25,656 bases of DNA from a virus (taxonomy: Duplodnaviria > Caudoviricetes), in IMG/VR virus record IMGVR_UViG_3300026125_000022, positions 1 through 25,656 of that record. One strand, given 5' to 3'. Both the position numbers and the translations under genes were made by a program. Position 1 is the stretch's first letter. Each line of letters begins with the position of its first letter. The notes under the pieces are model-generated. The model had not been told where the DNA came from and ran no database searches. It saw only the letters and a program-made list of their open reading frames with translations. Shown here piece after piece: positions 14,922 through 21,905 of the stretch.

Positions 14922-15782
14922 CTAGATTGCCATTGGGGCTTTAATGGAATCCATTGGATTATAATTTTCTAATTTGTAGTCGCTAACTCTAGAGGAAAGA
15001 ACATCATCTAGAGATTTGAGATCAGGCATCACCAGCTGTGGATGATCCATTGGCTCTCGTTCAATTTGTTGCATAACTTGCTTTACGTGATTATTATATA
15101 TATGACAATCGCCCCCGGACCACACGAAATCACCAACTTCCAAAGAAGAAATTTTTGCAAGCATGTGGGTCAAGAGTGAATAACTTGCAATGTTAAATGG
15201 TACGCCAAGGAACATGTCTGCACTTCGCTGATATAGCTGGCAAGATAGTTTGCCATTAGAAACTTTGAATTGTGCAAGTGTGTGACACGGCGGTAGTGCC
15301 ATTTTATCAATCTGACTTGGATTCCACGCTGAAATGATAAGTCTACGACTATCAGGATTGTTCTGGATCTCGTTAATGAGCCACTTGATCTGATCTACAC
15401 GCTCTCCGTTAAAGTTGCGCCACTGTGAGCCATATACAGGTCCAAGTTCTTTCTCGAAAGGAGTGTTCTTGTATCCTAGCGCAAGACCTTGATTGTCAGC
15501 ATTGGCCGTCCAGATAGTCTTCTTTGTTACAAGAAACTTGCGGTCTTCTTCAAACGTAATCTCTGCTAGTCTACGCTCATCTGTGCTGCCTTCTAAGAAC
15601 CATAGTAGTTCGCCCACCACAGCCCTCCAAGCGAGTTTCTTTGTTGTGACTGCGGGAAACCCTTCTTGCAGATTGAATCGCATCTGGTGACCAAAGACGC
15701 TGATAGTCCCTACGCCAGTGCGATCTGTAACAGGCTCTCCTTCGTTCATCACGTGTCGGAGAGCATCTAGGTATTGCTTCAT
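14922..15782 (-). CDS. td: thymidylate synthase (ThyA type)
   Basis: DRTG.GT, ELLWF, LGPVYG.QWR, ALPPCH, YQRSAD.FLGVPFN. Confidence 0.97.
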   Translation of the reverse strand: MKQYLDALRHVMNEGEPVTDRTGVGTISVFGHQMRFNLQEGFPAVTTKKLAWRAVVGELLWFLEGSTDERRLAEITFEEDRKFLVTKKTIWTANADNQGLALGYKNTPFEKELGPVYGSQWRNFNGERVDQIKWLINEIQNNPDSRRLIISAWNPSQIDKMALPPCHTLAQFKVSNGKLSCQLYQRSADMFLGVPFNIASYSLLTHMLAKISSLEVGDFVWSGGDCHIYNNHVKQVMQQIEREPMDHPQLVMPDLKSLDDVLSSRVSDYKLENYNPMDSIKAPMAI

Positions 15783-16270
15783 TCAGTACGACCTCTAATT
15801 TCAATAGTTAAACCATCGGTGACTTCGATGTATTCTCTTGTGTCAAAGGGCAAGAAGTCATCACGATACATGAAAGTATCGCATTGATAGGACCCTCTGA
15901 TAGTTGATAGGTATAGTCTATCACAGAATGGCAGTGCTTGTCTATACAAATTTGCACCTCCAATGATAAAAATTTTCAGTCCAGGATTGCTGAAAAGAAG
16001 CTCTGTAATAATACCATTTATGTGACCACGCATCACATGATCTGGCTTGCCTTCAAGGTCATGATACCGATTAGTTACAACTACATTTATACGATTAGGC
16101 AGAGGTTTGGATCCAAATGATTCCCAAGTATTTCGTCCCATGACAACGATATGTCCAGACGTGCATTCACGAAACCATTGCATGTCTCGTTTGTTATGGG
16201 GCCATGGCAGAGTGTTCTTCCATCCTATACCCATATTGTCGTCCATCGCTAAGATAGCATTCACACGCAT
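15779..16270 (-). CDS. frd: dihydrofolate reductase
   Basis: GIG..N.LPW....D..WF, VMGRNTWES, PLP.R.N.V, IIGG; TAATG coupling to the primase stop. Confidence 0.95.
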   Translation of the reverse strand: MRVNAILAMDDNMGIGWKNTLPWPHNKRDMQWFRECTSGHIVVMGRNTWESFGSKPLPNRINVVVTNRYHDLEGKPDHVMRGHINGIITELLFSNPGLKIFIIGGANLYRQALPFCDRLYLSTIRGSYQCDTFMYRDDFLPFDTREYIEVTDGLTIEIRGRTE

Positions 16271-17301
16271 TAGCATTTTCTCCATTCACTTAATTTTAGC
16301 TTACCCTCTAGACCAGAGTAAGAATTCACATCGATTAACACTTGTAAGTCTTCAGGCTTCATTCCAGCAAGTACTATATCATTTATATCTTTCTCACGCA
16401 AGTTACTTGGCCATATGCATACTTTGTAACCTTGATCAATCGCTTTCTCCATTCTGCGTACAATCTCTACATTTCGTGGCTCATTGTCATAGACAAAGAT
16501 TGCATTCTCGGTCTGCTCTAGTCCACTTGCATTGTTATCAGCACCAGCCATAGCTACAGCATTACTCAGAAACAAACTATCGATTGGTCCCTCTACTACA
16601 TAGTATTTACGAGAGAAGTCAACAGTGTTGAGTCCAAAGATTTTAGGCATGTCTTCTTCAAGCATGATGGTAATGTATCGAATGCTTTCTTTGTCAAACG
16701 CACGACCCTGATAGCCAAACACATTACCATTCTTGTCGATGAAAGGAAGTACCAGTCTAGGCTTGACTATCTTCTCAGGTAACTTGCCAGGAACAAGAGA
16801 GTTAGTCCAAGTCTCAAACTTTGGAGCGTAGTATAATTTATAGTGCTGTGAAGTAGGGATAAGCCTCTTCTGAATATATTTCTTCACCGGATGATCGTAA
16901 TTAAGTGAAGAAATTTTCTTTATAGATAATAGAGGGCTGCCTTTCTTAGTGAACTTAGGCTGTTTCTCTATTAGCTTTTCGAGAGGCTTTTTCTTAGGTT
17001 GTGGAGTCTTTTTACGATAGCCTTTCTCTAGAGCAATATCGACCACGTACTCATTGTACAAGTTATGGTCAACAGACTTGAGGAAGTTACCTAGACTGAG
17101 AGAAGCACCACAGTTGTGGCAATAGAAGATAGCAGAGTTGTCTTTCTCTAGAATCCAACCACGTGCCTTAGATTTGTTCTTCTGAGAATCACCACAGATA
17201 GGACAGCGACAGTTAGCCCTGTAAGGTGAGTGTGACTTAATAGAGAATCGCTCTAGTCTAGTAGATAAGATACCAGAGAACTTTAGATCAACAACATTCA
17301 T
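16270..17301 (-). CDS. 61: DNA primase (gp61)
   Basis: CRCPICGDS.K...K.RG...CHNCG zinc ribbon; GYQGR; VEGPIDS and YDNEPRN TOPRIM motifs. Confidence 0.95.
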   Translation of the reverse strand: MNVVDLKFSGILSTRLERFSIKSHSPYRANCRCPICGDSQKNKSKARGWILEKDNSAIFYCHNCGASLSLGNFLKSVDHNLYNEYVVDIALEKGYRKKTPQPKKKPLEKLIEKQPKFTKKGSPLLSIKKISSLNYDHPVKKYIQKRLIPTSQHYKLYYAPKFETWTNSLVPGKLPEKIVKPRLVLPFIDKNGNVFGYQGRAFDKESIRYITIMLEEDMPKIFGLNTVDFSRKYYVVEGPIDSLFLSNAVAMAGADNNASGLEQTENAIFVYDNEPRNVEIVRRMEKAIDQGYKVCIWPSNLREKDINDIVLAGMKPEDLQVLIDVNSYSGLEGKLKLSEWRKC

Positions 17302-17334
17302 TTATCACTCCATAGTATTAAACGTCTTATCGAC

Positions 17335-17363
17335 ATTATACACAGGAGTGATTACGTTGTCAA
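17335..17363 (-). promoter_or_regulatory. consensus sigma70 promoter upstream of the primase
   Basis: TTGACA-17 nt (ending TCCTGTG)-TATAAT. Confidence 0.85.
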
Positions 17364-17367
17364 GTGT

Positions 17368-17844
17368 TTATTTGAAAAATTGTGCCACGTCAGTGATAGA
17401 AGCGATAACGAAGCCGATAACCCATGAGCCACCCATGATGTACCACTTCCACTTTTCAAGTGAGGTAACACGCTCAGACATTTCTTTCATATCTGTGGTC
17501 ACTTCCCTCTCTAAGTCGTCTAGTTTAGCCATTACAGCTTCATGATTTCTACGATGGGATTCTTGAGACTCGTCTTTCATCTCGCTAATTCTTCGGTGTA
17601 GTAATTCGCTACTCTTTTCCGACATACGTTTTCGTTCTGCAACATCGTCGGCTACTTTGTCTATTTGAGACTCATGTACAGCTAATATCTTTGAGATGCC
17701 ACCAGTCGCATCAGCAATTTTATCGATAGCCAAGTCTAATCTACCTAGCAGGTTCTGAATGTTGGACACATCACGCTTCAGTATTTCTACTTCAGTCTTA
17801 ACCTGATGTATCTCGGTGGATCTACGATCTGTTTCGTCAGGCAT
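17368..17844 (-). CDS. coiled-coil protein with C-terminal membrane anchor
   Basis: Long heptad helix ending RVTSLEKWKW + hydrophobic helix. Confidence 0.8.
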   Translation of the reverse strand: MPDETDRRSTEIHQVKTEVEILKRDVSNIQNLLGRLDLAIDKIADATGGISKILAVHESQIDKVADDVAERKRMSEKSSELLHRRISEMKDESQESHRRNHEAVMAKLDDLEREVTTDMKEMSERVTSLEKWKWYIMGGSWVIGFVIASITDVAQFFK

Positions 17845-17847
17845 TAC

Positions 17848-18363
17848 TTATTTTCCTATAGTGTCGCTAAAACGCTTGAGTGGGGCTTTCTTCTTATGCT
17901 TACGCATTTGAGCTGGTGTAAGTCCCGGTTCTCCGTCTTTACCAATTCCGATTCCAGCAATAGCACCACTACCGGCACTATTCATTACTTCTTCAAACAT
18001 GAAGTCTATGTCAACGTTTGATTCGGCGATCATCATATACTGTTGAAGGCCTTCTGTCAACTCTTCTTCTGTAATTAGATTGGCATCAACGTTGTTGTGT
18101 TCTTTAATCAAGTAAAGAGCGGCTGCATACGAAGCTATACGGGAAGATCCACCTGGTACCTTCGCTAGCAATCTCTTTAGTTTTAAAATCATTAGATCAA
18201 ATTTACCCCAAGCCTTACGTTCTTCAATAGTCGTAAGTTCTTTAGATTTTTTTAGAATATTGCCTTCGGCGTCAATGATGCCTAGCTCATATGCTTTCCA
18301 TTCCTTAAATGGCGTAGCTAGCCTTCTAAGAAATTGGTATACTAGAAATAAATCGACAATCAT
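17848..18363 (-). CDS. conserved T4-like phage hypothetical protein
   Basis: L.TPF..W.AY.LGIID..G..L motif typical of T4-like phages. Confidence 0.8.
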   Translation of the reverse strand: MIVDLFLVYQFLRRLATPFKEWKAYELGIIDAEGNILKKSKELTTIEERKAWGKFDLMILKLKRLLAKVPGGSSRIASYAAALYLIKEHNNVDANLITEEELTEGLQQYMMIAESNVDIDFMFEEVMNSAGSGAIAGIGIGKDGEPGLTPAQMRKHKKKAPLKRFSDTIGK

Positions 18364-18734
18364 AGTTCTCTCAGTTCTTTAACAATATTCGGGTCAAGGG
18401 GTATACTTGACGTAATAATCTTTTTCTCGCCATACTGCACCACCTCTGGTAGGTAGCTCATATAAACAAGAAACGGTTTTAAGTATTTATGATATTCTTC
18501 TAGCTTCATAAACAGCATGGGTGTAGTAGCTAGACCAAAACAATTGTATAGCACAATCATATGATTGAGTATGAGTCGCACTTTCAACTCATCCAATTCT
18601 TCATAGCGTCTGAATAAACGCTTTAGGTACTGAAATCTTTTTAGGTCATCGTAGAATTCATCTACTGAGGCTACCTTACGCATATCATAATTCTGGGCTG
18701 CGTATAATAGAAATGTAGATTCATCTAGTACCAT
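18360..18734 (-). CDS. conserved T4-like phage hypothetical protein
   Basis: EFYDDLKRF.YLKRL..RY....LK.RLILNH...LYN.FG motif. Confidence 0.8.
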   Translation of the reverse strand: MVLDESTFLLYAAQNYDMRKVASVDEFYDDLKRFQYLKRLFRRYEELDELKVRLILNHMIVLYNCFGLATTPMLFMKLEEYHKYLKPFLVYMSYLPEVVQYGEKKIITSSIPLDPNIVKELREL

Positions 18735-18764
18735 ATGATTTAGTCACCTTATTATTATAATAAT

Positions 18765-18786
18765 GGGTGGAGATAACTCCCCACCC
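18765..18786 (-). terminator. GC-rich hairpin after a late gene, possible terminator
   Basis: GGGTGG...CCACCC stem 11 nt after the stop, followed by AU-rich sequence without a clean U run. Confidence 0.45.
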
Positions 18787-18797
18787 TTCACTGTTAT

Positions 18798-19079
18798 TTA
18801 TGAGTCTGCTACAGTAGCATCTTCAACAGCAGTGTCGCCAGTTACACCAGCATCGCCAGCTTCAACGGCAGTTCTACGCATAGCAACAAGGGTTTCTACA
18901 CGCTTACGACCATTACCGTACTCTTCGTACAAGTTCCAGCCAGTAGTTTTAAGACCTTTTGCACGGTTGCTAGCAACAGCCGCTTCAGTGGTATCAATGA
19001 AGTATGCATTAGCCGCATCGCCTGCATCTAGGTACTTTGGTACACCATCAGCGGTGTCTGTATCTTTCCACAATGACAT
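18798..19079 (-). CDS. probable small virion protein
   Basis: MSLW..TD...GW......G.GR.R.ETLVAM pattern of T4-like structural proteins; AGGAG RBS before 19079. Confidence 0.7.
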   Translation of the reverse strand: MSLWKDTDTADGVPKYLDAGDAANAYFIDTTEAAVASNRAKGLKTTGWNLYEEYGNGRKRVETLVAMRRTAVEAGDAGVTGDTAVEDATVADS

Positions 19080-19080
19080 T

Positions 19081-19302
19081 TTAGTTCTCCTTTGTGTGGT
19101 TTTCGATTTGCTCAATTATATAATCTTTAGTACGTCTACGGTCCACTTTCAATCCTAGACTTCTCGCATGAATGTCTAGCTCTACTTTGGTCATAGACGC
19201 TAAATCTACTTTAGGCTTTTCTTCAACAGGTTGAGGTGCAACTTTTGGTTGCTCAACTATCACGTCAACAGAACTAAATAATGATTTAAACCAACCAAGC
19301 AT
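19081..19302 (-). CDS. small protein with C-terminal Rho-N/SAP-like helical motif
   Basis: LASMTKVELD.HAR.LGL.VD.R.TK..II.QI. Confidence 0.7.
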   Translation of the reverse strand: MLGWFKSLFSSVDVIVEQPKVAPQPVEEKPKVDLASMTKVELDIHARSLGLKVDRRRTKDYIIEQIENHTKEN

Positions 19303-19311
19303 AGTATTCTC

Positions 19312-20622
19312 CTAAGATACGTATGAATTCAATTCGTAAGTATTTCTGTCAGTGTCACGGTTGTAGACTTGAATAGCTAGACCTTTGCGAACAGGCTTGC
19401 CGTTCTTAGTTAGCTTGATGTTATGGCGAACAGTCTTACCACGTCCTGGCTTACCTGGACCAGTTGTAACTTGATTGTGCCAATCATCTTCGTCTACTTC
19501 GTAACCTTGCTTCTCAGCGTCTTTACGTGCTTTCTGTACAGCCGCAGAGTAAGTGTCAAAGTATAGGTCAGCAGCCGCATTCTTACGTGCTTCGTCTAGA
19601 CCAACTTCTTCATAACGCATTTTCTCTTCAGAACTACCATATCTCTTCACAAACTTAGCACGAGCATCGTTGTGACCTCTAGACCATGCTGTCTTTAGCT
19701 TGGGATCTTTGTTAGGATTTGCGTCATACTTCTTCTTGTCACGCCATGCTCTTTTGCCTGCTTCGTATGCTTTCGCTTCTTCAGGCGTTTTGTAGGCTTC
19801 TTCAATTTCAACAGATTCCATTACATGGAAGTCGAAACCGTCTCTAGACATAGGGTTCTTTTTACGCTTGATAGTCTGGTGACCTTTCTTAGAGAACCAA
19901 GTGCCGTCTTTCTTAACGTCCATAGAGTGATCAACACCGGGGTTACTACCCATTGCATTTTGGCGCTTATTAAACTCATGCTGGCTGATCTGTCTCCAAC
20001 CTTCATCAAGTTCAGCCTCTTCACGAGTGTATTTCTTAGTCTTAGGATCGTAATCAGCAAATTTCTTCTTACCTTCTAAGTCTTTTGATACTTTCTGAAT
20101 AGATGCACGGCGCTTGTCCATTTTCTCTTTAGAACCAGCCTTCTTGCCAGTGAACATATCGTAAGAGTCTTTATCAGCTTTTTTGAGGTAACGCTGTTTC
20201 AGTTCTTTTGATACTTCGTCAAGTTCAACTTCTTCTTTAGCTAGTGCTTTCGAAATAGCTTTACGGCGCTTGTGTAGGTACTCATCAGATGAATCAGTAT
20301 CGCCATCGTTGTCGAGGTCTTTATCTTTACGGTCAGCAAACTTCTTCTTAACAGCAACTGGATTAACTGGATCCATAGCTTCGTCAACAGACTCTTTAAC
20401 TTTCTCCATAGAGTCCGCTTGAGCCTGATCGCCTTTACGTGCAGGAGCTTTCTTAGCTGAACCGTCAGACTTGACTTCTTCTTCGCCAGTAATATCTTCA
20501 GGCTTAACATCGCCTTCGGTGCGGTCAGCAGGACGTGAAGCTTTGCCCTCTAGTACATTGATTTTCTTGCCAAAAGCTTCTAGAAATCCTTCAGCCAATG
20601 GTTCTATAGGTCGTTTATACAT
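19312..20622 (-). CDS. highly charged modular protein, probable internal head protein
   Basis: Late-promoter motif upstream; modules separated by VLE/VDE/LDE/IEE acidic linkers; DxDxDG motif. Confidence 0.75.
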   Translation of the reverse strand: MYKRPIEPLAEGFLEAFGKKINVLEGKASRPADRTEGDVKPEDITGEEEVKSDGSAKKAPARKGDQAQADSMEKVKESVDEAMDPVNPVAVKKKFADRKDKDLDNDGDTDSSDEYLHKRRKAISKALAKEEVELDEVSKELKQRYLKKADKDSYDMFTGKKAGSKEKMDKRRASIQKVSKDLEGKKKFADYDPKTKKYTREEAELDEGWRQISQHEFNKRQNAMGSNPGVDHSMDVKKDGTWFSKKGHQTIKRKKNPMSRDGFDFHVMESVEIEEAYKTPEEAKAYEAGKRAWRDKKKYDANPNKDPKLKTAWSRGHNDARAKFVKRYGSSEEKMRYEEVGLDEARKNAAADLYFDTYSAAVQKARKDAEKQGYEVDEDDWHNQVTTGPGKPGRGKTVRHNIKLTKNGKPVRKGLAIQVYNRDTDRNTYELNSYVS

Positions 20623-20653
20623 TTGATCCTCTCAAAATTATGTGTTATTGTAC

Positions 20654-20661
20654 TATTTATT
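20654..20661 (-). promoter_or_regulatory. late promoter (AATAAATA)
   Basis: NATAAATA about 30 nt upstream of the ATG at 20622. Confidence 0.6.
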
Positions 20662-21013
20662 AGTTATCGACTTTAGCCCTTGCACGCCATTGATAGCACG
20701 ACCAATACCGTGCCTTCCACTTGGGACCTGGGTTATCGCAATTATGTCTAGCTCTAAATGATTTGCGTCTAGCGGGATCGTCACGTTTAATTTCCATATT
20801 TGGATCACCAAAGTTTACTTTGACGATATTGCCTTTATCGTTACGGACGTAAACACTAAACTTAGACTTACCGTCAGAATTACGAAAGGGATCGTTTAGT
20901 TTTACTTTGCGCCCTTGATACTCTGCCTCTTCGACAATCAAATCATCGTATATGTCACACTCTTCACAGAATGCGTCAATCTGTTCTGCGGTATAGTCTA
21001 AGAATCTTTTCAT
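20660..21013 (-). CDS. basic conserved phage protein, probable internal head protein
   Basis: Start MKRFLDYTAE; K..V.V......V.FG......RRKSFRARH.C......ARYWSC..W domain. Confidence 0.75.
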   Translation of the reverse strand: MKRFLDYTAEQIDAFCEECDIYDDLIVEEAEYQGRKVKLNDPFRNSDGKSKFSVYVRNDKGNIVKVNFGDPNMEIKRDDPARRKSFRARHNCDNPGPKWKARYWSCYQWRARAKVDN

Positions 21014-21017
21014 TTTA

Positions 21018-21890
21018 TTACCCAAACATTTTACGTAGAGATTTAGGTCCGATAACACCATCAGCAACTAGACCGTTAGCGACTTGCCAAGCTTTGACAG
21101 CCCGCTTAGTGCCAGGTCCATAAATACCATCTGAAGTTAGTCCAAGGAATTCTTGTACGGCTTCTACAGTAGGTCCACGAGATCCGACAGAAATGATTTC
21201 ACTGAAGTCAACTTTAGCAGATGCCGAAGAAGGTGAAACGTCTACTTCACCGCTTAGAATAGCAAGTGCTTTCTCATAACGGGCTGTGCGATCTTCTAGA
21301 CCGATAGTGCCACCATTGATCTTCTTAGTCATGGCAACAATATCTTTCTTATCTGCAATCTTGTTGAGTTTGTTAGTGTCCCAGAACCAACATGCTGATT
21401 CAACAGCACCCTTAGGAGTAGCAACATATTCTGCGGCTTCTTCAGCAGTCATGTCAACTGTCTTACCAAATGCAGCGTAGTTGTTACGACCAGTCAATTG
21501 CTTGAGTCCACGTCCACGGAATCTCCAGCCGTCACCTTCTTCAGTGTTGCCTAGAGCGCCTTTCTTAGAACGAAACTCATCTTGATATACGTAGTTAGCA
21601 ATCATCTCAGGATTACGTGCGTACTCTGCGGCATCACGCTTACCTTTACCTTTGCCGAAGTAACGTCCGAACACAGAGTTAAGTGCCTTTTCAGAGTAAT
21701 TTAGGTTCTCTTCAAGACGTTTAAAATCTGCGGATTCGTGGGCACACTGTGCGATAAAGCCAGCAATGCGCTCGGGTGTATCGATTTCGTACTTAGGCAT
21801 AATTTCTGATAAAGCATCAAACCATTCTTTTGATTTAGGGTTGTTGTTTATCATTGCTTTTAGCATATCTTCAGTCATTGGGAATCCCAT
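21018..21890 (-). CDS. GH19 (chitinase-like) lysin with C-terminal peptidoglycan-binding domain
   Basis: FIAQCAHES, ENLNYS, GDGWRFRGRGLKQLTGR.NY, TKKINGG; DGIYGPGT..AVK.WQ...GL.ADG.IGP. Confidence 0.92.
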   Translation of the reverse strand: MGFPMTEDMLKAMINNNPKSKEWFDALSEIMPKYEIDTPERIAGFIAQCAHESADFKRLEENLNYSEKALNSVFGRYFGKGKGKRDAAEYARNPEMIANYVYQDEFRSKKGALGNTEEGDGWRFRGRGLKQLTGRNNYAAFGKTVDMTAEEAAEYVATPKGAVESACWFWDTNKLNKIADKKDIVAMTKKINGGTIGLEDRTARYEKALAILSGEVDVSPSSASAKVDFSEIISVGSRGPTVEAVQEFLGLTSDGIYGPGTKRAVKAWQVANGLVADGVIGPKSLRKMFG

Positions 21891-21905
21891 AGTCTATCTC
21901 CATTC

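Noticed and set aside
11378-15782. Group I introns or inteins in td, nrdA or nrdB
   Set aside because: All three are continuous and of ordinary length, with motifs in the expected order.
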